This document shows positions 7,494-15,927 of a stretch of 32,000 bases of DNA, one piece after another. The stretch comes from Microcystis aeruginosa NIES-843 (lineage in GTDB: Bacteria; Cyanobacteriota; Cyanobacteriia; Cyanobacteriales; Microcystaceae). Each line of letters starts with the position of its first letter. Positions within the stretch are counted from its first letter, which is position 1. A program made the position numbers and the translations under genes. The stretch spans positions 660,001 to 692,000 of the forward strand of contig NC_010296.1 in the NCBI RefSeq assembly GCF_000010625.1, read 5' to 3'. The notes beneath the pieces are model-generated. The model searched no databases. It saw only the letters and a program-made list of their open reading frames with translations, and was not told the DNA's origin.

Positions 7494-9458
7494 TTAATTT
7501 CTTAGGCCATAATTAAAACTCAATAACTTTAACCATAGGCGAGGATTGTCTTTTTCTAGCCAGCTTTGGGAGTTTTTTAACCATTGGGAAAACCAGGGAC
7601 CGAAAAGCAGATTTTTGACTCCATCAAGGCTAAAATCGAGATAGGAACCCAACCAACGAATTAAATCCTGACTGCCAGCCATTTCTGCTATCCATAACAG
7701 TAAAGCGGGGTTTTTTCTGGCCGCTTTAATTGCTAAACGGCTAAAGGTCAACCAATCGGTTTTATCCTTAATAAAAGTTTCGGAAATCTCCGGCGGTTCG
7801 TCGGCCAATAAACCGAAAAATGTGTTTAACATGGCGTTAATTCTTTGGGGTGGTAAGGTTTTTCCCGTGGGAACCATCATTCCTTTAGAAAATAACCAAG
7901 TTACCGCCACATTACTTTGATAGGCCCGCACGTTTTCTAGGTCTTTAGCTGTTAGTAAATCGTGTTTCAAGGCCAGATCCAAAAGATGGGTTAAGCGCTC
8001 TAAATTACGCACCAAAGAACCGAACCCAGTAAAAATTAAGGGTGATTGCAGGGAGGCGGCATCACCGATGGCTAAAATGCGATCAAAGGAGACAATTCGA
8101 TCTTTTTTCCCTGTGCTAAAATGCCCCGGTATATAACCAAAGGTGGGTTTTTTCCAAGTTAATTTTTCTGGGTCACACTGTCGATATTCGGGCAAAATAG
8201 TAAAGAAATCTTCGTACATTTCCAACAAAGAACCGGGGTTATCGGGATGGACTTGATGATAGTGAAATAGATAAAAGGTTAATTCTTTTCCTTCCCCCGG
8301 AAATAATTCCCAAATTAATTGCCTACCTTTAGAAATATCGCCATGGGAATTTAAGACATCGCCATAGTGAGAATCCCACACCACCGGATCGAATCCTTCT
8401 ACTACTGCCCCCACCGTCGGACAGACACTATCAAAGGCACGCACTCCATTTAATTGCCAGGCAATGGCAGAGGCTGAACCCATGGCATCAATCAATAAAC
8501 GGCATTTTATCTGTTGAATTTCCCCGCTATGATTAAGGGTGACAGTAACACTATTGGCAGTAATATCAGCCTTGATAAATTCCGTTTGATCGAGAATTTT
8601 ACCGCCATGATCCTGTATTTTTTTACCGCAGGATTGCAGCAATTTATCGGAATTAATGGCGATATTTAAAACCGTGGGAGTATGGAGAATTTCGGCTTTC
8701 AGATGGGGGGGATTATTGCCATCAAAAAACTTATTAAAGCCATCGATGTATTCTTGGAAGATTAATTCCTCGAATTCTTCGGCAGTAAATAAGCCTAAAT
8801 TAATTAAACTTTGAAACTCCGATCGAGAGATATTCCATTCCCGATTCATTCGTCCGAAAGGTAGTCTTTCTACTAAGAGGACTCGATAACCTAATTTGGC
8901 CATCTGTGCGGCGTGAATTGCCCCCAAGGCACCACCAATATAAATTAAGTCGTAGGTGATGGGATGATCATTTTCCTCACTACTAGAGAAAATTACTGGC
9001 TGCGGTTGTTGGGGATTTTTGGCACTGTCGCGCCAACGTTTTTCCCACCAGTACAAACGTTCTAAGTCTGCCTCTCCTTGGGGCATTTTGCGGAAGTAGT
9101 GAACCGTTAGGGGATAGTCCGCTTCTAAATCTGTAAAAATTGAGTGATTTTTTTGATCGATGTTTGGTATCGTGCTAAACTGCGGCGGAAAACGCTTTTG
9201 TAAAGCTCGATCGAGCTGCCGAGTCAGGGATGTTTCTTGAGAATGCGATCGCTCACCCCAGCGGAAAACTTTTAAATAAGTAGTCCGTTGCAGCGTCCAG
9301 ACAAAAATCGATAATTCGATCGCCTCCGATAAGCGCAATCTCACCCCGTTAGGTGTATTTGTCTTGACACCGCTTGCGGGTTGCCAATCGGATTGTAACC
9401 ACTGACAAACGGCGATCGAGTCGGGAGTCGGAATTTCTCTGTAAAGTATCTCTCTCAT
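7494..9458 (-). CDS. FAD-dependent oxidoreductase, CruA-type lycopene-cyclase-like
   Basis: 654 aa. Rossmann motif DLIYIGGALGAIHAAQMAKLGYRVLLVE lies after a ~170-aa N-terminal extension. The size and layout recall cyanobacterial CruA/CruP, but the specific CruA assignment is uncertain. Confidence 0.55.
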   Translation of the reverse strand: MREILYREIPTPDSIAVCQWLQSDWQPASGVKTNTPNGVRLRLSEAIELSIFVWTLQRTTYLKVFRWGERSHSQETSLTRQLDRALQKRFPPQFSTIPNIDQKNHSIFTDLEADYPLTVHYFRKMPQGEADLERLYWWEKRWRDSAKNPQQPQPVIFSSSEENDHPITYDLIYIGGALGAIHAAQMAKLGYRVLLVERLPFGRMNREWNISRSEFQSLINLGLFTAEEFEELIFQEYIDGFNKFFDGNNPPHLKAEILHTPTVLNIAINSDKLLQSCGKKIQDHGGKILDQTEFIKADITANSVTVTLNHSGEIQQIKCRLLIDAMGSASAIAWQLNGVRAFDSVCPTVGAVVEGFDPVVWDSHYGDVLNSHGDISKGRQLIWELFPGEGKELTFYLFHYHQVHPDNPGSLLEMYEDFFTILPEYRQCDPEKLTWKKPTFGYIPGHFSTGKKDRIVSFDRILAIGDAASLQSPLIFTGFGSLVRNLERLTHLLDLALKHDLLTAKDLENVRAYQSNVAVTWLFSKGMMVPTGKTLPPQRINAMLNTFFGLLADEPPEISETFIKDKTDWLTFSRLAIKAARKNPALLLWIAEMAGSQDLIRWLGSYLDFSLDGVKNLLFGPWFSQWLKNSQSWLEKDNPRLWLKLLSFNYGLRN

Positions 9459-9579
9459 CTTGATTTAGCTATTACACCTAAAAATCGTCTGATTACGCTA
9501 GACTACACAAAAAGTTTTCTGAAAAAAGTTTAAAAAACTTTACATACCTAGATTAATACACAGCCAGGACCATCTGATT

Positions 9580-9822
9580 ATGAATTATCCCATCCCGACT
9601 ACCCCCGAAGAAATTGCCGCCCTCCGACAGCGCCCCGTGGACGAGGAGATGATCGCTGCCGTGATTGCGGGAATCATTAGAATGGCCCGCGCCCAGGGTC
9701 AATCTCTCGATGATCTGACTGAAGAAATTCTCGCAGAAGACCCGATTTTAGATCAAGTGCAACGACGTTGGTTAAGTCAGCTTTTGACTAATGCTTGGCA
9801 AAATTTAGCTGAATGGGTGTAA
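9580..9822 (+). CDS. Small conserved hypothetical protein
   Basis: 80-aa ORF with coding-like composition, followed 7 nt later by the next gene. No motif recognised. Confidence 0.5.
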   Translation: MNYPIPTTPEEIAALRQRPVDEEMIAAVIAGIIRMARAQGQSLDDLTEEILAEDPILDQVQRRWLSQLLTNAWQNLAEWV

Positions 9823-9829
9823 TTGAGCG

Positions 9830-10645
9830 ATGGAATGGCTAACAATCACTCTCGCTGGTGTTTTGACCCTGTTAACTCCCGCAGGGGCAATTATCGATAC
9901 GGTTTTAGCCCATACCCTTCGCTCCCAAGTCCAAAAAGTGGAACAATTAGCCGTCAGGGTCGATAATACTCCCAATTATCAGGCTCTGCAAGGCAAAATC
10001 GATCGAGTTCGCATTTCTGCACGGGGAATTTATCCCCTTGCTGATGTTCGCATTGAGAAGATCGAGCTAGAAACTGAGCCAATTAGCCTCGATTTGCGGC
10101 GATTACAGCAAAAAAACAGCAGTTTAGCCGCCGCCTTGCGCCGACCGGCTGCGGGGGCATTGCATCTTGTCCTCACGGAAACTAATGTTAATCAAGCTTT
10201 ACAATCGGCAGCGGTCAAAGAACAAATTCAGACCCTGATTAATAATCTGATTCCCTCTAGGGAAGAATCGAGCAGCACAAAATATCAACTTAGTCAAGCA
10301 AATTTTAACTTTCTTAATAATAATCGAGTCGCCCTCAGCCTGCAGCTAGAGACACAACGGCCAGACGAACCAGCAGCCACCCTCAATCTGAGCTTAGAAG
10401 TGGGATTTAAGCTAGTGCAGGGGCGAAAAATCGAGCTTATTGACCCCACAGCCACTCTTAATGGTCGTCGCATCTCCTCGCGCCTTCTCAAGGGGTTTGC
10501 CGAGGGTATATCCACCCAGTTAGATTTAAAAAACTTCGAGAAACAAGGAATTATCGCCCGCCTTCTCCAATTGCAGATCGACGATGATAAGCTGAGTATA
10601 GCCGCCTTTGGCAGCATTGAACCTCGATCGGGGAACCCCAATTAA
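9830..10645 (+). CDS. DUF2993/LmeA-like membrane-anchored protein
   Basis: 271 aa. N-terminal hydrophobic segment, then repeated ...V.V.N.P...L.GKIDRVRISARG.. strands. The family call is from memory. Confidence 0.5.
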   Translation: MEWLTITLAGVLTLLTPAGAIIDTVLAHTLRSQVQKVEQLAVRVDNTPNYQALQGKIDRVRISARGIYPLADVRIEKIELETEPISLDLRRLQQKNSSLAAALRRPAAGALHLVLTETNVNQALQSAAVKEQIQTLINNLIPSREESSSTKYQLSQANFNFLNNNRVALSLQLETQRPDEPAATLNLSLEVGFKLVQGRKIELIDPTATLNGRRISSRLLKGFAEGISTQLDLKNFEKQGIIARLLQLQIDDDKLSIAAFGSIEPRSGNPN

Positions 10646-10700
10646 ATTTAACGGTCGGAAAACAGGAGATCGGAAGTGGGAATTATGAATTATCAATTAT

Positions 10701-10878
10701 GAAGTGGGGTGGTGGGGAAGTGGGGAAGTGGGGAGACCACTTCGTGCGCGTTGCGGGGGGAGAATAAAAGCGTTCGACTGCTCACTTAAAACTGATAACT
10801 GCTCACTTAAAACTTAAAACTTAAAACTGATAACTGATAACTTAAAACTGATAACTGATAACTGATAACTAATAACTG
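10701..10878. repeat. Microsatellite block: G-rich octamers, a conserved GC core, then TTAAAAC/TGATAAC heptamer arrays
   Basis: gaagtggggtggtggggaagtggggaagtgggga; core gaccacttcgtgcgcgttgcgggggg; ctgctcacttaaaactgataa x2, then mixed heptamers running to 4 nt before the ATG at 10883. Confidence 0.9.
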
Positions 10879-10882
10879 AATT

Positions 10883-11563
10883 ATGCCTAGTTCTCGCTCT
10901 AGTGATAAAATCTCTTTGCCTTGGATAATTGGTATCGGCCTCGCTTTATTTACTGCTGGTGGGGCCACTGCTTGGTTTGCCGTCCATCACCTATCTTTCT
11001 CCCAGAAAACCAGCGAAAACCCGATTGAATCTCCCACTCCAGCGCCGATAAGTCAATCACCAATTGTTGAACCGGTTTCTCCCGGTCCAGTGGAGACAAG
11101 TCCAACAGCAACTCCTGCAGCTATTCCTGTTAGGGAAACTCGACAGGTTTATTGGTTAAAAGTGACTGATACGGGTAATCAATTAGTCAGCCAAGAAATT
11201 ACCGTTCAAAAAGCGGATAGCGGCGAGGGAGAGTTAACAGCAGTATTGCAAACTCTATTAGCTGGTCCAAGTAATCCTCAGGATATGACTACTATTCCCG
11301 CCGGGACTAAATTACTTGATTTAAAAGTAGATAAAACGGGAATTAAGATTAATCTCTCGCGCGAGTTTGGCAATGATGATGGCCCTGATATGTTGATCGG
11401 TCGTTTGGCACAAATCATCTATACTACTACTACCGAGGATTCCAATGCCAAAGTCTGGATTCAAGTGGAAGGAAAACCCCTAGAATTACTAGGAGAAGGC
11501 CACGGTATTGAAGTGGCCCAACCGATGACTCGTAAGTTTTTTGAGGAGAATTATCAATTGTAA
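10883..11563 (+). CDS. GerMN-domain protein with N-terminal membrane anchor and Pro-rich linker
   Basis: 226 aa: WIIGIGLALFTAGGATAWFAV anchor; LQTLLAGPSNPQDMTTIPAGTKLLDLKVDKTGIKINLSREF is typical of GerMN. Confidence 0.65.
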   Translation: MPSSRSSDKISLPWIIGIGLALFTAGGATAWFAVHHLSFSQKTSENPIESPTPAPISQSPIVEPVSPGPVETSPTATPAAIPVRETRQVYWLKVTDTGNQLVSQEITVQKADSGEGELTAVLQTLLAGPSNPQDMTTIPAGTKLLDLKVDKTGIKINLSREFGNDDGPDMLIGRLAQIIYTTTTEDSNAKVWIQVEGKPLELLGEGHGIEVAQPMTRKFFEENYQL

Positions 11564-11586
11564 GTTTTCCGCGCCTTTAAATTGTT

Positions 11587-11774
11587 GGTTCTTCGGTTTG
11601 TGTTATGCAATGGACGGGAGTTATAAGGGGTGAAACCCTTATATAGAAAGACATGGCTGCGATTTTTGCCAATTGTTTTCAATCTAGAACGAGCTAATCA
11701 ATTAAGTCCCTTGCCAGATAAGGATTTAGCCGATTTCTGCCCCCTGATCGAACCATACCAAGTAACGAAGAACC
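11587..11774. mobile_element. 188-bp MITE, copy 2 (same family as 3240-3425)
   Basis: Ends ggttcttcgg...cgaagaacc. 8-bp TSD aaattgtt at 11579-11586 and 11775-11782. Confidence 0.85.
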
Positions 11775-11802
11775 AAATTGTTGTTGCCATAGCGAATTGA
11801 GA

Positions 11803-12864
11803 TTAACTAGGGGGATTAGTGGGGGGATAGGGAAAAAAAATCGGATAGGGAATTTTAATTCCTTCTTGCTGATAGCGTCGGTGTAGGAGTTTAATAAATT
11901 CGTGTTTAATGGTGAGGTGTTGAAAAAATTCTTCTTCTACCACCTTGAGATAAACCGTCAGCACAATGCTATAGTAATCGAATTTATGATAACGAATAAA
12001 GGGTTGATAGTCACCGAGTTGAGGTTGCAATAACTGGGCGATTTCTTGCATAACTTCTAGGGTAACTTTTTCGACTTTTTCTAAGTCACTATCGTAACTA
12101 ATGCCCACTTCCACGGGAACCAGTAGGGAGTGATCTGGTAAACTATAGTTACGGAAACTAGAAGAAATGATCTGAGCATTGGGAATTACCAAAAGATTAT
12201 TGGTAATTTCTTCGATGACTGTGCATCTTAAATCCACATCTCGCACATAACCAGCTTCTCCCGTTCTCAGTTCAATATAATCTCCCGGTCTAACTTTTTT
12301 GGAAGTGATAATATTAATCCCTGACATTAAATTAGCTAGGGTATTTTGGAGAGCTAAACCGAGGGAAACACCCCCAATACCCAAGGCAGTAAGCATGGGA
12401 GTGATCGAAATACCAATCGAGCTTAAAATAAGCAAAAAACCGCAGCTAAAAATCAGAACTTTGGCGAGAAATTCAAATAGGGAAGTTAGGGAAGAAATGC
12501 CATCATCTCCCGTGGTATAAACTCGTAATATTTCCACGGATAATTGAGCAACAACCCAAGTAGCTGAAGCTAAAAAAGTCACTAGCAGAAATTTTTTGCT
12601 CAGGAGAATGAGGGAGGGAAAGAGGGGAAGATTGGGAAGGGAGAGGGCAATATTTAAACCCAAAAGTCCGAACCAAAGTATGCTTAATCCACGAAGGGAA
12701 CGTAAAACCCCTTCCGAGAAACGCAGGTTTTTTTCTCTGGCAATCGATAAAAGTTGACTGACAACGCGCTGTTCTACGAGCCATCCCAACAGCAGGAAAC
12801 TGAGGATGATGGTGATAGGTAAGATAATATAGGGCCAATCTTCCAGTCTGGTTAATAGGTTCAT
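11803..12864 (-). CDS. Mechanosensitive ion channel (MscS family)
   Basis: 353 aa. Multiple TM helices, then GIGGVSLGLALQNTLANLMSGINIITSKKVRPGDYIEL, the MscS pore/beta-domain signature. Confidence 0.8.
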   Translation of the reverse strand: MNLLTRLEDWPYIILPITIILSFLLLGWLVEQRVVSQLLSIAREKNLRFSEGVLRSLRGLSILWFGLLGLNIALSLPNLPLFPSLILLSKKFLLVTFLASATWVVAQLSVEILRVYTTGDDGISSLTSLFEFLAKVLIFSCGFLLILSSIGISITPMLTALGIGGVSLGLALQNTLANLMSGINIITSKKVRPGDYIELRTGEAGYVRDVDLRCTVIEEITNNLLVIPNAQIISSSFRNYSLPDHSLLVPVEVGISYDSDLEKVEKVTLEVMQEIAQLLQPQLGDYQPFIRYHKFDYYSIVLTVYLKVVEEEFFQHLTIKHEFIKLLHRRYQQEGIKIPYPIFFPYPPTNPPS

Positions 12865-12892
12865 TGCTAGAGGGTTAGAAAAAGATGCAGTT

Positions 12893-13384
12893 TTGTCTTA
12901 TATTATTCTCCATTTGCCTATCTCTAGCAGGAGCGGTGGAATTTTGGGGCAAAAAGTTGCAAAATGTAAAGAGAAACTCACCTTTCCTTCGGCGGCCTTC
13001 GTGAATAGTCAGTTATTTAAACCAAAATTCGGGCTTTATCGATTCTTAATGGTTATAATCGTGGTTTTGTTCCTGATTAGCACCTATTTAATCACCTTTC
13101 ATCTGGCTAAGATGTCGGATCCCTACATTAAAGAGGTGTTATCCCTACAAGGTAATGTCAGTCGCGGTTACGAAATCTTTCAGATTAACTGTGCTGCTTG
13201 TCACGGTCAGTTTGCTGATGGCATCGTCGGACCGAGTTTAGAGGACGTTTCCCATCGCAAATCGAGAATTAGTCTGATTGAACAGGTAATTAGCGGTAAA
13301 ACCCCACCAATGCCGAAATTTCAGCCCGATACTCAAGCTATGGCCGATTTATTGGTTTATTTAGAAAATATTTCAAAAAACTGA
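12893..13384 (+). CDS. Membrane-anchored c-type cytochrome (possibly CytM-like); start uncertain (TTG 12893, GTG 13001 or ATG 13049)
   Basis: Hydrophobic anchor MVIIVVLFLISTYLITF; heme motif CAACH; PPMPKF downstream. Confidence 0.65.
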   Translation: MSYIILHLPISSRSGGILGQKVAKCKEKLTFPSAAFVNSQLFKPKFGLYRFLMVIIVVLFLISTYLITFHLAKMSDPYIKEVLSLQGNVSRGYEIFQINCAACHGQFADGIVGPSLEDVSHRKSRISLIEQVISGKTPPMPKFQPDTQAMADLLVYLENISKN

Positions 13385-13393
13385 CTTGAAAGA

Positions 13394-13671
13394 GGGTGTA
13401 GGGTGTAGGGTGTAGGGTGTGGGGTATAGGGAAGGAAACCTCTTTCGTCTCTGGTGGTGAAAACTTTTTCATCGGGACTGACTCTTGGCTGACATTGATG
13501 GTAAGCTAAGACCCATTGAAACTGGGTGGGGAAGTGGGGAAGTGGGGAAGTGGGGAATGGGGGAATGGGGAATTTCAACTAAAACCCTAAAACCCTAAAA
13601 CCCTAAAACCCTAAAACCCCAAAACCCTAACACCCTAACACCCCCCGCAACGCGCACGCAGTGACCACCCC
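13394..13671. repeat. Three consecutive G-tract microsatellites plus a conserved GC core (inverted relative to 10730-10760)
   Basis: (gggtgta)n at 13394-13431; (ggggaagt)n/(ggggaat)n at 13527-13572; (aaaaccct)n at 13581-13646; core ccccccgcaacgcgcacgcagtgaccacccc. Confidence 0.9.
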
Positions 13672-13768
13672 AAAACCCAACCCCTGAGCGACTGATAAAT
13701 TTTACTTATATAGAAAAATTTTGCTTCTATTTGGGTACGCTAGTAGAGACACTTAACGATAAATACTT

Positions 13769-15910
13769 ATGTCTTGGCATTCCCAAGTTGAACCGGCAAT
13801 TATCCAAGGGGATTTCTGGCAAGTTAGCCAGTTTTACGAAGAACTGATAGAAAGAGAACCCCTAGAAATTAGTCATTATTGGTATTTAGGATTAGCCTAT
13901 CTTTTAGAAGCTAGGGAAGAAGAAGCACAAACCACATGGTTATTCGTCCTCAGTCAAGGGGATGAAGGGGAAATGACTGCGTGGACAGCAGATTTAGTCA
14001 ATATTTTGGATGGGGAAGCGCGCAGACAATTAGAGTTAGGCAATTTAGAAACCAGTTGGTTAATTCGAGGACATATTCGCGAGATTAGTCCCGATAATAT
14101 TGATAATTTACTGCGGTTTATTTTATTAGCAATTAATTTGAATTATTTTGAAAAAGAGCAGTTAAAAACTTGGTTATTTGTCGATGTGTTAAAAATCAAT
14201 GATTTCCAGAGTCTAGAGTTAAGTTTATTAGCAGAAGTTTTAGAAAAATTTCTCGATTATCAGATACCAGAAACTGTCCCTTACTTAGAGGCAATATTTC
14301 AATCTAACTGTCAGCGAAAAACTTTCATCAAAGTAGTAGAAGCTAAATTACCTTCTCTAGCCATACCATTGGCTATTGATATTATTAATACTTGTTTAGC
14401 AGTAGAACCAGGGCAAATTTATCTGTTAGCTGAACTGTATCAATGTTATTTTTATAATCGAGATTTTGCTGCTGCTATGCAAGTAGCTAGTCAATTAAAA
14501 ACAAGTTGTCAAGGGTTGCCTTCTCAAGCTGTAGCTGATTTTCTTGCTCTTTATGTCAAATTATTTAGTGGTAATTGGGTCGATATTAAGGCAGATGTTG
14601 AAGAATATACAGAATCCTTGCAAAAAAGTATCACTAATCGAGAATGTCCACGATTATTGGATGCACCATCCCTAGCAATTTTATCCCCTCTAGTTTACCT
14701 AGAAGATAACCCACGAAAAAACCGTTACATTAGTAATTGTGTTGGTCAACTTTTTCAGGAATATGTTTGCAATAATTATAAGGGTAATTTTCTTCACAAA
14801 TCGACCATTAAAGATACCAATAAAGTTCTAAAAATTGGCTATATTGCCCATACTTTATATAATCATTCTATCGGATTAATTTCTAGGTGGTTAATGAAGT
14901 ATCATGACTATAATGAGTTTCATGTCTCTTTATACTTAGTATCTCAACAAGAAGATTATATCACTGAAAATTTTTTTAAAAATCAGGTAAATGCTTGCTA
15001 TAACTTACCGATTGATCCTCAAATGATTGCTGAAAAAATTAGTGAAGATAATATTGATATTTTGGTAGATTTAGACAGTATCACTAATAACACAACTTGC
15101 CAAGTCATGGCACTAAAACCCGCACCAGTACAAGTGACTTGGTTAGGTTTTGATGCGTCAGGAATTCCTGCAATTGATTACTATCTTGCTGATAATTACG
15201 TTTTACCAGCAGATGCACAGGAATATTACCGAGAAAAAATTTGGCGCTTACCTAATTCCTATATTTGTGTGGATGGTGTCGAGGTTGCTTACCCCTCTCT
15301 CCGAAGAGATGATTTAGGGATTCCAGAGGATGCAATTAATTACTTAACCGTACAAACGGGGGTTAAACGTAACCCTGAAACTATTCGACTTCAGCTACAA
15401 GTTTTAAAGGCAGTTCCTCATAGTTATTTGAGTATTCAAGGGTTAAGTGATGCTAAATCAGTAGAAAAATTATTTTTCAAAGTTGCCGAGGAAGAAGGAA
15501 TTAATTATGAGAGATTAAAAATCTTCCCTCTCTATCCCACGGGAATTTATCGAGCAAATTTAAGGATAGCTGATGTGGTTTTAGATACCTATCCTTTTAC
15601 GGGAGGAATGACGACTTTAGATGTGCTGTGGATGGGGATACCTTTAGTTACAAAAGTTGGTCAACAATGGTCATCGAGAAATAGTTATACTTTAATGGTT
15701 AATGCGGGAATTAGTGAGGGTATTGCTTGGAGTGATGAGGAGTATATCGACTGGGGGATTAAGTTAGGTAAGGATGAAAACCTGAGACGCAAAGTTATCG
15801 CTAAATTAGATGAATCTAGACAAACTTCCCCGATTTGGAATGCACGTCAGTTTACTAAAGATATGGAAAATGCCTATCGTCAAATGTGGCAAATCTATTG
15901 TGAAAGTTAA
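13769..15910 (+). CDS. TPR-like N-terminal / GT41 (SPINDLY-type O-GlcNAc-transferase-like) C-terminal protein, paralog 1
   Basis: 713 aa. C-terminal half: LKIGYIAHTLYNHSIGL, NIDILVDLDS, ALKPAPVQVTWLGFDASGIPAIDYYLAD, YRANLRIADVVLDTYPFTGGMTTLDVLWMGIPLVT. These match the COG3914/Glyco_transf_41 pattern. Confidence 0.8.
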   Translation: MSWHSQVEPAIIQGDFWQVSQFYEELIEREPLEISHYWYLGLAYLLEAREEEAQTTWLFVLSQGDEGEMTAWTADLVNILDGEARRQLELGNLETSWLIRGHIREISPDNIDNLLRFILLAINLNYFEKEQLKTWLFVDVLKINDFQSLELSLLAEVLEKFLDYQIPETVPYLEAIFQSNCQRKTFIKVVEAKLPSLAIPLAIDIINTCLAVEPGQIYLLAELYQCYFYNRDFAAAMQVASQLKTSCQGLPSQAVADFLALYVKLFSGNWVDIKADVEEYTESLQKSITNRECPRLLDAPSLAILSPLVYLEDNPRKNRYISNCVGQLFQEYVCNNYKGNFLHKSTIKDTNKVLKIGYIAHTLYNHSIGLISRWLMKYHDYNEFHVSLYLVSQQEDYITENFFKNQVNACYNLPIDPQMIAEKISEDNIDILVDLDSITNNTTCQVMALKPAPVQVTWLGFDASGIPAIDYYLADNYVLPADAQEYYREKIWRLPNSYICVDGVEVAYPSLRRDDLGIPEDAINYLTVQTGVKRNPETIRLQLQVLKAVPHSYLSIQGLSDAKSVEKLFFKVAEEEGINYERLKIFPLYPTGIYRANLRIADVVLDTYPFTGGMTTLDVLWMGIPLVTKVGQQWSSRNSYTLMVNAGISEGIAWSDEEYIDWGIKLGKDENLRRKVIAKLDESRQTSPIWNARQFTKDMENAYRQMWQIYCES

Positions 15911-15927
15911 TCAGGGAGAATTAAACC

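Noticed and set aside
10779-10878. Possible CRISPR array in the ctgataa/cttaaaa repeats
   Set aside because: The period is 7 nt with no spacers, so this is a simple microsatellite. No cas genes are present.
10294-12838. ORFs 10294..10641(-), 12299..12520(+) and 12503..12838(-)
   Set aside because: They are fully nested antisense in the DUF2993-like and MscS genes, which have convincing motifs.
13357-13578. Minus-strand 73-aa ORF (PFPTSPLPHFPT...)
   Set aside because: It is a translation of the G-rich microsatellites, so the low-complexity sequence is an artefact.
13581-13646. Telomere-like (TTTTAGGG/CCCTAAAA) repeat as a sign of a linear replicon end or eukaryotic contamination
   Set aside because: It is embedded between ordinary cyanobacterial genes, with HIP1 sites on both sides and similar G-rich repeats elsewhere in the window. 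It is an internal microsatellite.
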